Counted from the first letter of the stretch, positions 23,834-37,089 are shown. The stretch: 64,000 nt of DNA from Marsupella aquatica (GCA_973895155.1 OZ316891.1:24675899-24739898); one strand, 5' to 3'. A program made the numbers and translations. The notes: generated by a model not told the origin, from the letters alone.

Positions 23834-24429
23834 CAATGAACCAAAGGATCTTAGTATTGTCGGCAAGTATTTTTGTCGTCTGGAGTTTTCACAATAATTT
23901 TATCAGAGTGCGCATTGCTATTGAGACAACGACATGTTGACTATGCATGTATGTGGTTACTATGGTCAATTGCAGAGGTAACTGCAAGGTAAGTTTGACA
24001 AACCGTGTGGTAATTTCTTATCGGCTGTGATGTAAATAGTTACGGTAAATAACCAAAAATTGGGAAAACTAAGATTCGGTTGGAACTTTCATGGTTGAAA
24101 TCCAAAGTCCGATACGGGTATTGGACTTTGCTTGAAAAGTGGATATGGATTTCTAGATAAGACCTTTCATATAACTTTGGAGAGAGTGAATATGAGGTTC
24201 TGGCGAACATTTTTCAGATCTAATTTTTCCATGATAAATTGAATGTTTGTGACCATTAATTTCAGTGGTTTGGACCATTCTTGAATTTCCTGATTCAATC
24301 CAAACTCCGATACAGATTACATTATTTCCCCAAAAACCTGTTTTTGATAAAAAAAACCATCAATTTTGCGAGATTTGGCGGAAAATGAAAACACACTTCT
24401 CGTTTTTGGAAATAGTTCTCGTCGGAAAT

Positions 24430-25875
24430 CGTGTTTCCCATTCCTTGATCTCCTTCAACTTGTCTTGACTAGGCGTAATCCCCTCCGGGGTAAAAGTATG
24501 GCCAAGGAACTGAATCTCATTCATTGCAAACTTGCACTTGCTAGGTTTAGCAAAGAGACAAGCCTTACGAAGGCAAGAGAACACTTCTCTGAGCAATTGC
24601 TCACGTTCCTCCAACGTTTTTGAGTATATTAGGATGTTGTCAATAAAGACAACCACTCCTTGGTCCAACAAGTCATGAAAGATGGTATTCATCATCTTCA
24701 TGAACGTTGCGGTTGCATTACACAACCCAAACGGCATAACCAAAATTTTGTAGAATCCGAACCTTGTGCGCATCGCGGTCTTATACTCGTCTCCCTTAGC
24801 CATGCGGATTGGGTAATACCCAGACTGCAAGTCCACCTTTGAAAACTTCTTAGGCCCGGAGAGGAAATCAAAGAGGTCATCCATATGAGGTAACAGGTAC
24901 TTGTTCTTTACCATCTGCTTATTAAGGCCCCGGTAATCTGTGCACAATCTCACAGTCCAATCCTTTTTGGACACAAACAGCGCGGGCGCCCCATAAGGAC
25001 TCTTACTAGGATCAATGAACCCTAGGTCGATCAACTCTTCCAAGGCGTTCTTCAACATCATTCATTCATTCAAGTTCAGACGATAAGGAGCTTTAGCCTA
25101 AGGAGCCAAACTTGGCTCCAACTCAACTTGGTGATCCACTTCTCTCCGCGGGGGTAAACCTATAGGTAGCTTTTGCGAGAGCACGTCATTGAATTCCTCT
25201 AAAATTTCAGGAATTTGACTGCAGTCGGGCCCGACCTTAGCTGACTTAACCTTTGGCTGCAAAACAGCCTCCTTAACTGGGTGGAGATGAAAGAAGAAAC
25301 ATTCATGTCCACCCTTGAAGTCTTTCCACCATTGCTTCGTCGCTATACACGGAGACAACCACAACACTTTACTTACTTTGAGAAATCTTTCTTTATTTTT
25401 GGTAATTTTGTGTACAACAATGGGCTCACCGCCCTTATTGGGAAAATGGAGCACCTCATCCCCCAGTTTCAAGGTAACATTGTGCTTTCTAAGATAACCT
25501 ATCGACAAAATGAAGTCTACGACTAGACCGTCTAGAACGTAGAACATCTCCTGACTAACAAAATTTTGTTGTTTGCCTATGACCTCTACTCAAAGTCTAT
25601 GTACCACTCTCAACACTCTCCCTTTTGTGTCGTTGGCAAACTTGCACACTAACGGTTGTAGCAACTCTTGCCCATCTACCCCGTGCCACCGCCTGCCCAC
25701 TTATGAAGTAGGCGGTCGTGCCTGTATCCACCAAAGCAAGTATTTCAAAAAGTATGATATGACGGGAGTTCCATTTCATAATAGCTGCGAGATCATTACG
25801 GTTACCGTACCCAATCAGTAAAGTTCTCCTACCCCGGACTAAACCTAACTTCCAGATTACCGTTATAAGTGACAT
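24430..25875 (-). pseudogene. pol: Frameshifted protease-RT remnant
   Basis: ORF fragments 25597-25875, 25098-25547 (LPPRREVDHQVEL) and 24360-25061; catalytic motif decayed to FIDNI; truncated after RT. Confidence 0.85.
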
Positions 25876-26935
25876 TCACAAAAATCAGCATTTTAGGATC
25901 CATTGTCTTAACTTTAGGTATCTTCTCTCACAACAACACCTTCTCTCCGGCAGGAACGTCCCCTATTGGGACCTTGTTAGCTACGAAGGGTTCGGTTAGA
26001 GTGATACTTACCTTAATGCTCTTCTGCCCTCCATCTCCGCTCGGCTTGCCTCCCTTCAAGGGGCAGTCCTTACTTTGACGGTCCATGGCACCATACGTGT
26101 AGCACAAACCTTCAGCCCACCTCTGCTCCGTGAGCGCCTGCTTCTTTTCTTTCTACGCCGATGAGGTTCCTTTCTTGAAGTTGTCAGCCTTCCGGTTTTG
26201 CTTAGCTTCTCCATTTTGGGGTTGGGGATCCGAACCACCGGCCCCCGCCCCCTCAGGTTGCTTACGCTTATTCCCGGGACCTTTTGCTTTCCTAGCTTCC
26301 CCCTCGGATCCCTTGCCACCCACCTTCGCCAAGTCTGGCTAGTTATTCAGCAACGTAGTGGCCTTGTCAAAGGCGTCAAAAAATGTTTTGAACTCATGAC
26401 GCTTTTCCTGTAACTTTTCCCTTAGCAACGGCGGGAGCTTCACTATAAAGTTGTGAAGCTATGTATGTAGGGTATTTGTTCCTCCTCTGGGTCTTGACCC
26501 TCTTCCTCCCATTCAACTTCTGCATCATTGTCGCTTCCATCCACGTTGGAGCTGTCGTCATCCGACCTGTCCTCTGAAGGGTGGGCCACCTCCTTCCCTT
26601 TAAGTCAACGATGTTTTGCACCCCGTTTTGCACTTGACGTGTATGTTGCGGCTATTGACGGTTTGGCCGCCATGTCTTTGTCGTCTTGCTTATACGTTCG
26701 TCTAGGGAAGTTGACCCATCCTCCTTCTGTTCATCTCAAACTTGGGCTCTCTCCTTGGCGGGGGGAGCCTGTTTGCCACTGTTTGATCGAGTGTTTTCAG
26801 CCATGTTCCCACCGACTGAATCTGCCCGCAGTCGACCCGTCGGGCACGTTGAAGCACTAAGTCCCTGCAAAAATCTGTTAAGATTTTTGGATTCCGATTT
26901 AGCACCACCCCGGCCCGGTGTCTATGCCAGCAATC

Positions 26936-26947
26936 GCTTTGATACCA
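26936..26947 (-). promoter_or_regulatory. Primer-binding site, initiator tRNA-Met type
   Basis: Minus strand reads TGGTATCAAAGC (canonical TGGTATCAGAGC, one mismatch), upstream of the gag/pol remnants. Confidence 0.75.
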
Positions 26948-28600
26948 CAAGTGGTGGACCTTGCCACCCTACGCCCTCACCAATCCCAGCACTCACGCCT
27001 AAGTGGCCCTGGTACTTGAATGCCTCCACGGAATACCTCGAGCAAGCAACCTAGTGCCCCTTGCACCTCCGGCGGCAACTCCCATACGAAGCCGCACTTG
27101 CTCTCTAACACGACCGCCACTCAATGGTCCTCACTGTCTACACAAGCAGCCAAGCATTTTGGTAAGTAACCCTTCAGGATCTAGAACCCGCCAAGTTCTA
27201 GCATCCTAACTCAAGCTCAACAAACTTTGGTAAATAGGTCAGCGATAGGTCCTCCCAATGCAATAAGCCGAAACCAAAACCCACGCCGATTGTTTGTCCA
27301 GAACAACTCCCTCCTTGGGCGCGGCCCGGGTTTCCTCTTGTACCTATCCACCACCAACTGACCGCCCTGACCCCAGGATATGCTCATGGCCCAAGTAGCG
27401 TAGCTTGTCCTAAAGCTTGTCCCAAGCTTGTCCCAACACGCCGGGATCATAATGGCCTCGACTCTAGCACCCAACTCCCGGTTTGCCCCAATGATGGTCT
27501 AGGGGCGGAGCACCCTTGGAACTCAACCTCTAGGCCTACTTGGCCTTGCCTCCCCAATGCAAGCTCCCTTGGGAGACTGAACGCGGCTTGGCTGCTATTT
27601 GGCAGGATTTGGCAAGCGAGCAAGCTAACACCCGCAAACCTCGAGAACCCATGGCACCCCAGACCCATCTGATCTCAGGAGGACGTAGCCTTCCTTGAGA
27701 GCTTTCCAACGCATCCAAGAAGTCCTCCAACGGACTTCCCGTTGGGAAGATATCATCGTTTCCGTTTGGCGCTTTCCTTTAGTGTTGCGACTATCGCGGC
27801 TCACGACTTCGGCTCGCCCTTAGCCCCTAGGGAGACACCACTCCCCTCATATATGCTTCTGGAGACCTGCCACCCCCTGACCAACTTTGGTCCCTAAACT
27901 TTTGGCCTCCAACCCGGATCCCATCGCGCATACTGGGCGCGCCACCAACTGGCAACGCCCATAACTTTATGGTTTACTTAGGTGTCCGCAAGTGGAGTGC
28001 CTTAGCCCGTTGTGATCAGGCCGACCCAGTGCTCATGCCTAGGCCCTCAAGTCTCATTGCCGCTTGGGGTCCCCGATCAGCCAAACCCGGATTGGGCCAT
28101 AACTCACGCCCCAAGCATCCGTTGCCCATGGCGTCAACTCCATTGGCCTTGGGCCCAAGAGGAGCTCACACTCAAGCCCTCAGAACTCAAAGTCCGTCCG
28201 GGGGTCCGGCCAGTCAACCTTGAGCCCGGCCCCTTTTCCCCTGACCCGACCAGCTCCCAGCTAGCCTAAGTCCTTAATGTGTATCACCAGCTTGGCTCCT
28301 TGCCCCTTCGCTAGTGCCACGTCTCATGGCCCACAAGTCTCCCCATGCTAAGTCTTCCCAGGATGGCCTATCCGGGCCTGGACCATAAGGGAGCTTGACG
28401 TCGGAGTCAGCGATGCCGGAGCTAAGTGTTAAGGTAGTCAAGTTCCGCGACTAATGAGAAAAAGATTTTGAGAAGAGAAAAAAATTGAGGAGAGAAAAGA
28501 TGTCAACGTGAGTGAAGGAGATAAAAACATTTTGAGATAAGGAAAAGATGTTTAGGCAAGGCAAAGATGTTAAGGAAAAAGAAGACAAAAATGTTGAGGC

Positions 28601-28776
28601 TGTTATGACATGTAGATTACACTGTAAGTGACCATTACATTAGACCCTAATGTAATACTTAGAGGTTAAGGTAGTTACTTAACCGCCTCATCATGTAACA
28701 CATAAAGGATTTCATTCCTAATAGAAGAGACATTGATGTTGGTGTAATCTATGGAGTAGAACACGTTATCAGCACG
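28601..28776 (+). mobile_element. Possible short Ty1/copia (Bianca-type) LTR plus PBS remnant
   Basis: TGTTA...GAACA (28601-28763) followed by CGTTATCAGCACG, a motif I recall from Bianca-lineage elements; no coding support in the window. Confidence 0.4.
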
Positions 28777-31700
28777 AGCTGCTGGAGGGCATTAGTTTTT
28801 TTATTGAGATGGTAGCGAATCCAATTAATTTTTATTGATCGAATCCAACAATTTGCGGTCGATCTGATTAGGAAAGATTCATTAAATTGGACCACCAGAA
28901 TTGTGATGCCTAGCCAGGAATCACTCGGCTAGTTTAAGTGGAAAAGGGAAGGGTACCCTAGAAACACCTTAGTATAGTTACAGAAATAAGGAAAATATAA
29001 ACAATTAAGGGTGACTATGGAACCCGAGCCGAGGCCGGAAGTAAGGACGCCAGGGGAGAGAACACGATTAGGGTTAGGGCACGATAAGTGCCGGCGGCTA
29101 CGGGTCACCAACGGGATAGAAACGCCAAGGAGGAGAGGGGTAAGGGCAGCTCGCGAGGAGTTGTGGCTCATTTGCAGGCACGAACTGGGCAGACAACTAC
29201 GGGCGGCCAACTACTGTCAGCTGCTTAAGCAAGCACTCAGGGGGGAGCAGATACCGACTATCAACTCGATAAGGGTATGAGCAATGTCAATCAAGTGGCA
29301 CATTTTTGGGGATGCCTATTCGAACGGGCAACTGAGTACATTGGGACTTACGAGGACGAAGAATCGGAGAGAGCAGCTTGAGAACGGCAGGAGCTAGCTC
29401 GGTTGTGGGAGCCGCAGAAAGCTGCCTTCTTAGGAGGAGAACTCATCAAGGCCGAATTCTTGTGGACTCCTACTACCAATCAACTCGACGACCTTCTATT
29501 TTGCGAAGACAGAGTCGTCGGCATCCGCGAGGCCATCAAACGCTGCAACGACATACACTGGGAGTTGAAGGGTAGCACGGAGGGGTGGACAAAGGCAACC
29601 GTGCTTGGAGAGACATCCACGGCAGTCGAGATGAAGAGGAAGGGAATTAACAACGACGAGGCCACCCCGACAAAAAGAACAAGGTCGGCGGCACCAAAGA
29701 GGCCAGCCGCAGCAGAGCAGGAGGCAGAGAGAAGCCGAGGAGGAGGAGGTCGACCCCATCAATGCCGTTCCAACGAGAGATGACACCTGGAAAGGCTGGG
29801 CGGCGATCCTCCCCGAGGAGGTCCAATTACACTTTGCAAGAGAGGAGGATGCATGCTTTACGGCTATGCAGACTCAGAAATATCAAGGATTCATGGCCAG
29901 ATTCGGCTTGGAAGCCTTCGTAAGGTTACCGTGGCTGAAGCTAGAGGTGCCGAATTCAGACTTACTTGAATTCATGGGATCATGGGAGTCCGAGACCAAT
30001 TCCACAAGGGTGTATGGGAAGGAATTCTATCTCACTCCCCAGGTGATTGCCGAAGTGTTTGGCTTGCCGATGGGCAATAAGACCAAGGTAGATACCAGGA
30101 AGACCTTGCCAGACACGGAGTTCAGGTTGTTCCCAGGGCCTTCAACAAAGAATGGCTTCTTCCGTAATACTTGCACCAACCCGCATATAGGAGAGATGAT
30201 CGATTTCTTGCGGGTGACCATGCATTGCAACTGGCCAATAGCAGAGATCGGCAAGGCACAGGTCTATCTGGCAGAGAGGCCAGACCCAAGCCGGGACTAC
30301 AACGGCTACCTCCTCACTCAACTAAAGAAGATCTTGAAGGAGGAACAGCTGGTGATCGGCAAGGGAAGCGTGTCCCGGCTTGGCTATCACATGCCGCTAT
30401 TGTGCCGGTATGCCCGAAGTAAGACCTTTGCCCCGGTACTTCCCCTACAGGCAAGGGCACCAGAGGAGGTTCCGGAATAGAGGCCGGCAACGGAGAAACC
30501 CAACCCACCCGACAGTCCTACAATCGAGCAGGTGTTTAGGCCAAGGACGAAGGACTTGCCGATGCAGCAACCAGGCATGCAGAATCTGCTGAAACTATTG
30601 GAGAAAGAAAAGAGATCGGCATCGGCAATGACAACGGCATCGGCAATGACAACGGCAACGGCAACGGCAACAATGCAGGACACTGCTCCAGAGGTAGGCC
30701 TAAACCAGCTTACAAGGGAAAACCCCTTTACTGGAGTCAAGGAGAGAAGGAGGCCGGAACACGAGCCGGGAGTCTGGATGTATGTAGGAGCCTCTAGACC
30801 CGAAGCCGAGGAGAAGCAAGCCGTAACTCCCGGCCACGACAAGGAGAACAGGAGATCAACACGGAAGCCGGAGGAGGAACCAAGACCGGCAGGAGGTGAA
30901 GCCGTGTTCAGGCCAAAACCAGGAGAGGAGCGGGAGAAGCCGGTAGTCCAAGCCAAGGAGGAGGCGGTGGAGGACTACAGCAATGATAACTCCGGCTATG
31001 GGTCGGATCATCATGTTCCAGGAGTAAGGATATGTGGCCGGTTCATCCCCACGCTCCCAAGAGTAGTCCGAGGGGACCCGAGCCAGCAGAGCAGCCCCGA
31101 GTCTCCCCCACCAGATGTCGCTCCCCCGAGCTTTGACGGCATAAAACAGACGGTGCAGGAATTTCAGGAGCAAATCAAGGAGGAAGAGGAGGCAGCCCTG
31201 GCTAGAGAGAAGGATTTACCAGGAGGAGAATGGCCAGAGAACATCAGGCGGCTTGCAGAAAAACGAGGCAGCCCGCCAGCCACAATAGAAGAGATCCGCA
31301 AGGCGGCTTGGGAACAAAGGCCGCGATGGATGATGCCGATGACTTCTACTTCCTCCACCTATGCTAAAGATAGAGCCATGGAGTACGGGGAGATGTGTGG
31401 GGAATTGGCGCTCAGCATCTTTGGGGAGGAGTTGGAGCAGGGACCCTTTTTCCAGAGGGAGATGTTGGAGAAGCGCCAATTAGAAGAAGCAGTGGCCTTG
31501 GAAAGAAGCAAGAAGGACGAGGTCATCCGTCGGCTTAGGGAAAGGGAAGCCAAAATCAAGGACCTGAGGGCGGCCAAGAAAGCCCAAGATGAGCTGCGGA
31601 TTAAGCGGCATGAGCTAAATATCATGCAGGGCCAGTTGGATACCGCACAATCTGATAATCGGATGATCAAGAATCTACTGACGCGGACCCAAGGAGAGTT

Positions 31701-31869
31701 GGCCGATGCAATCAAAGAGAGGGAGAAGTGGAAGCGAGAGCTGAGGAATGCAGAGGAGGCCCACATAACAGCCAACAACCGGGCCATGGCGGAGACCCAA
31801 AGAAAGGAATGGGCGTTGAAGGGGGAGCTCGAAAAAATCTGCGGAGCCCTTCACTAGTACATTATGAGG

Positions 31870-32370
31870 CCAATTTCCGATATGGACACCTTCGGATCCC
31901 TTTGTAAAATTTTTCCAAGAAAAACATCTCATCTGACTCTAAACGTATCGCAAATTCCGACTCTCAACCCATCGGATAACGACAATCGGAAGATAATCGG
32001 ACTTTGCGATACAAAACTTAACGCACTTTGCGTACCCAAAAATAACGGAAAATCAGCCGTCCGATATTCTCCAAATCGGAAATGGAAGAGGGGAGCCGAT
32101 ACACTTCCGATCCACTTCCGATACGTAAAGAATCGGACTTTGGGTAACTTTGAATATCGCATATTGCGTATCAAAAGGTTACACAAAGACCGTAAATTAA
32201 AGTATCGAACATACCATTGTTATAAAGATCGAAAATACCGTTACTAGAAGTATCGGAAAGACCGTAACCAAGGGTATCAGAAAGATCGATTCTCTGGGGA
32301 TGGCAAATTCCGAGTTTGGGAGAATCGGACATTCCGATATTTTTAAGATCGGAGGAGTATCGGATAATTG
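31870..32370. repeat. CACTA left subterminal repeats (ATCGGA/TCCGAT core, both orientations)
   Basis: Dense TCCGAT/ATCGGA/ATCGCA motifs. Confidence 0.85.
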
Positions 32371-33408
32371 AAGGGGTAAAATTTCCAATTATTAATTTTG
32401 GGGGTGTGGGGGTTACAATGTTGGGATGCATGGAAGTGAGCATGGGTAGCAAGAATGGTAGTGAGACTCAAAAGGGGGAAACCCCTGCCATTATATATAC
32501 AAAAGAGGATGGCCTCCTCTAGCATGGAAAGTACAACCTTTACATGTACAGGTGTATAATCCATCTCAACCTGCATGGTATCGTGGCCTACCTACAAATG
32601 GTTCTATGCTAAGCTACCTGGCCTATCCATATGTTGGTGCATGTCGTCCCTTCCTCTTCTTGGCACGAGGGCGATAACTCTCTGGTCGGGTAGTGGCATC
32701 TGGCACTAACCCTAGGACCCTATCAATGACAGCATGAGATGCAGTTGCAACTATGGTGCTTGGAGCTATCGCGGTACCAACGTCACCAACATCACCTTCT
32801 AAGTCATGAGAAGGCACTGTAACACCCCCAGCATCGGAGCAAGTATGAAATGATGCACTTCCACTACCCCCTTGGGCTGCAGAGTGGTGAGACCCTGCAC
32901 CTCCACTAGCCCCTGACTGGTGAGATGGAGTCCCATCACCAATGCCACCAACTGCAGTCCCACTCACCCTATTGGCCCCTGAATGACCACGAGCAGTGCT
33001 CCCACCCCCACTAGCCCCTCCACCACTAGCCCCTGAATGGCGAGAACCATTGTGACGCCGCCGGTACGGCGGTTAATGAGTGATTCAGTCTAACTGCGCT
33101 CGGCACGCGCGTTAGGTGGGTCTTAGGCCGCTATTATTAGCATAACGACAGTATTTAGGTAATCATTAGGGGTAGGACATCATTAGGCAATAAGGGGGAC
33201 TTCAGGTTCGGGCTGGCGGCGGGTCGCTATTCGCACACCCGGGTTATGAGCATGGAGGGGCCCCTCCCTCGGGTCCGTATAACGAACTTAAGGAAGCGGC
33301 CACTGACGCACGCTGACTCAGACCGGCGGAGTGGCCGATACACCACAAGCGTGAGCGGTTCAACCTATGGGCGTCGAGGAGACGTCGGGGATCGACAAGC
33401 CCTCAAAG

Positions 33409-33416
33409 TATAAAAG
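33409..33416 (+). promoter_or_regulatory. Candidate TATA box for the LTR ORF
   Basis: TATAAAAG ~100 nt upstream of ATG 33517; also present in the 3' LTR and, reverse-complemented, in the diverged copy near 23184-23191. Confidence 0.55.
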
Positions 33417-33516
33417 GGGAGCCAACCCTTTGTAGTGCACCAGTCCATCAGTCCGCGCGCCAGCTTCGACCCCAGCTCTCTCGTTCTCTCTAGGTTGCCA
33501 CTACTATCTCCTCTGA

Positions 33517-36159
33517 ATGTCGCACGCGATCCTCTCCAGCTCGGCCATTCGATTCTGGACGCAGTTCCTATCTACCGGAAGGCACTTGGCCGATTCATTG
33601 AAACACGCCAACCCGCGCCGATACGAGATCGAACGCGAATACGAGAGAGCCATCTGCCTAGCAGGACGACACCACTACGTCCTTAACTTTGACTACCCGT
33701 CTCAGAGCGAGCTTTACTGACCAGCTGAGGTATCTGGGTACTTCTTTGACGGAGACAAATATATCGGGTTCTGGGAAGCATTGCTTCGGCTTCCGGACGA
33801 GGTCTTCAATATCCCGGGTACAATCGACCTGCAGCGACATCACTTCGACCACATCCCTGCCCAGGTTCGGGCAGTCATTAACGGCGAGTCCAGTACCAAC
33901 CGTTCGACAAGGGCATCCGCACTCGCTTCGGAGAACTTCTACCAGCACCTACAGAGCTTCATGGGAACTCGGCCATCAACCAACATGACCAACTCAGCCG
34001 GACCCGTACCCGTACCCGTACCTGTGCCCATGCAACCTCAGCTTCAGCTTCAGCCTCAGCCGCAGCCTAGCCAAACCCCACCACCTATCACCCAGCCAGC
34101 ACAGGTACGCTCCGTCATCAACGCTGTGGATCTTAGCGATGACGACGAGGCTACCCCACCCTTGACCAGGCGGCCCAGAGGAACAAGCGCTCGGGGGGCC
34201 GACACTATATTGTCCCCACCCCCTGCTCTGACCCCAGGAGCGGCCCCAGCAGACAACATGGTGACCGTGGCCGCCCCGGGCCCGTTACCAACTGCAGTGG
34301 CACTCCCCAGGCCCGATCGGGAGGATGGGGAAGTATCACCTTCCCCGAGTCAGTCACGGGGAAAGAAGAGGAAGGAATCCGCCAGTGCATCCGGGTTACC
34401 GTTGGCCACGGTAGCCGTAGCCAAGGTAACGATGCATCGCATGGGGGAAAACGTTCACAGCAACATCCTCCATCCCAAGCATGCGGTGTACCTGAAGACT
34501 CAGGGATTTGAGCACCTCGCCTCTCTCCCCTGGAACACTTGCAGGTACTACGGGGAGGACATGACAGAATTCGTCAAGAATTATGACGACGTACGTCAAC
34601 AGACTCGACTGCGGGGAAGGAATATGTCCCTCACAGAAGAACGGCTCAAGATGATCTTCGGGTTACCCGAAGGTGACCATCGAGTCGAATCACGGGCTCC
34701 CGGGGGCAAGGGGGCCAAGTACCAATCTTCAAGTTTTCCCTCAGAGGGATCAGTAGACAACGGGTTCGTGATGAGGACCTGCCTCATGCCCGAGATAGCT
34801 GAGCGGCTGGAGTTCCAGAGGTACGCTCTCCACATGATGGAACCCCGGGGGGAGATCTCCGCCGCCCAGGTCATCCAGGTCGAGAACTATCGACCTAGGA
34901 AGTGGGCGTCGTACTTCGCTAAGAAATTCCATGAAGAGATGGAGCGGCGAAGGAAGACGCTGTACATTGGCGGGAAGGCGTATTTCGCTAGCCACATCGA
35001 AATCATTCTTGAGTGGTACGCCCGGTTTGATTGACGAACCCTTCCCCGCATCAACGTTACAAAGCTGGTCCCAGCTAGGTGGGTTTTTCCGGCATTGGAG
35101 AGACGGCCCCAACCCGAGGCCCGAAGTCCAGTGGACACGCCAGCTTCACCCACCCCACCTCCACAAATAGCTGTAATCATAACCGAGGAGGCGCCGGAGG
35201 GGTCGGTCGTCGCAACCGTTGATGCGACCCAACTAGCCGGGCTAAGTACAGAAGTTGGTACGGCAGAGGTCTTACCCGAACCCGGGTCTCCCAAGGACCC
35301 GCCGGTGGCAATTTCGGAGAACCGGACATCGCTGCAGGAGGATACTCCGGCCCCTTCCAACGTTATGTCCCCAGGGCTGGACGTCACTGCCGCGGCCCCT
35401 GCGCGTGTTGATGTCTGCCCGTGCCCAAATCCGGACAGGCACAACTTGGACCACCCGGAACTCTTCGTACAGGGTACGTTTCTGAACGGGCTTCTGGGAG
35501 ATTTCTCTCATCAAATTGCCCGGGATACCGGGGAGTTCATGGCTCGGAAGGTAGCCTGTTTCTTCAATCAGGAGTTGGTTGCCGCCGTAAAGGCAGGGCG
35601 GGCCCAGTCGGAGGCCCTTCAGAGGATAGAGCGGTACCGGGTGGAGTCCGTGTACCTAAAGAACGAAGTGGCGGCTCAAGAGGCTGAGCTTCTGCAACTA
35701 CGACCCAAGGTTGCAGCCGCCGATGAGTTGTTAGCAAAGGCGTACGCTCTTACCGCCCTAGCCGAACAGGCCAAAGCTGGGAACGAGGCCGAGATTACAC
35801 GACTCCGGAACCAGATTGACAGTTTGAAGAAACAAGCTGTCACCTGGCAGAAAGACCTGGAGGAGGCCGAGGAGCGAGCCCAGCGGGACGCGACGGAGAT
35901 AGCCACGCTGCAGGCCGAGATGGCGCGGCTCCAAACCGAGGCCGAGAAGCAGGACCAGCTGGCGAGTAAATTGGCGAGCGACGCCCAGCAGCTGGAGGAG
36001 GCATGTCAGGAGGCAGCAGAGGAGACGGACGCGGCGAGGCGAGAGAACGAATCTCTGCTGGACCAGGTCCAGCTCCTCAAAGCGGACAATGACAGGCTTC
36101 GAAGGCAGCGGGATGGCCGTTCCCATTCGGGCGGCTCTGGCAAGCGTGCCAGGCATTAG
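33517..36159 (+). pseudogene. Family B LTR-encoded accessory ORF (880 aa consensus), two in-frame TGA stops
   Basis: ORFs 33517-33720, 33781-35034 and 35095-36159 share one frame; both TGA codons are CGA in the 3' LTR. Confidence 0.88.
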
Positions 36160-37071
36160 CGGCGGAGTAGGAATAGATTAGGATTAGGATTGGCTTAGTC
36201 AGGCTCTTGGGACAGGCACCTGCCTTAGGTACGGCAGCGCTGCCCTGCTGTCCAGCCTGCGTAGATTAGGATCTTCTAATAAGACACAGCCGTTTTCCAG
36301 CCTGACTGTCAGCTTAGTTAGGACCTTGGTCAACGAATCTTCGGCGGGAGGACACCCCGTTCCTCGGCTCTTAGTATTTAGTGCACCCCTCGGTAGAGGC
36401 AGGGGGGGTTTTTTAGTTTCAGAGTCGGACATCCGCGGGACATGCGGGGAGTCCCGACCTCTGGGAATGACAGAGAGCCAAGGGGAGGGGGTAGGACTAA
36501 GCTTGCCGGGCGAGTGCGGAGCCGGGCTCCGTTGTAGTGTGCACCCTTGGCCTTGAACCTGTGCATTCCAGGGCTATCGTGTCAACTAAGTGTACGCATA
36601 TGTTCCCTTTGTAGTAAAAATCCTTTCCCATCATTTTTCCTTCGTGTAAATCGAGATTGTATGCATGTGTGCGCATATGTGTGTGGGTTTCTCGTATATG
36701 GGTGGCAGCGCCGGGCCGAACGCACTACCCGAGACGTGCACAGGGTGCAGCCTGCGGGTAAGTGGTTGCGAGCACGGGTTGAGGACCTGTATCATCGAAT
36801 CCGGATCGAAGGCGGACAGCACGAAGGCTTAGAAGCCCTTAAGCCGGGGTCGATCCTGCTATCGACTAGGGTACGTTCCGGCGACGGAACACAAACCATA
36901 CCTAGGAGGTGTCCGTATTTAGCAGTATGCGCACTTAGCGCTAGTTTACGAGAATGAGGTGCATTACGTGCTTCCCTTCCTGCCTGAACCCTCAGATTTA
37001 CGAGGGATGTGCCCGTCTAAGCTGAAGTCTGAGTTAAGGCCGAAGCCTACGACGTGACATAGCCTTTGTTT

Positions 37072-37089
37072 TGGCGCTAGATGGAGGGG
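37072..37089 (+). promoter_or_regulatory. Primer-binding site, tRNA-Asn type
   Basis: TGGCGCTAGATGGAGGGG, identical to family A, 12 nt after the LTR end. Confidence 0.8.

Larger units (their letters stand above)
24430..28440 (-). mobile_element. Degenerate, truncated chromovirus-type (Tf2-like) Ty3/gypsy element
   Basis: [23 protein letters not shown]...[15 protein letters not shown]; protease LVDTGTT; Met-type PBS; probable LTR ~26952-28440; limits approximate. Confidence 0.75.
33051..37059 (+). repeat. Family B 5' LTR, 4009 bp
   Basis: TGTGACGCCGCCGG...CTACGACGTGACA; direct repeat of 43162-47156. Confidence 0.96.
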
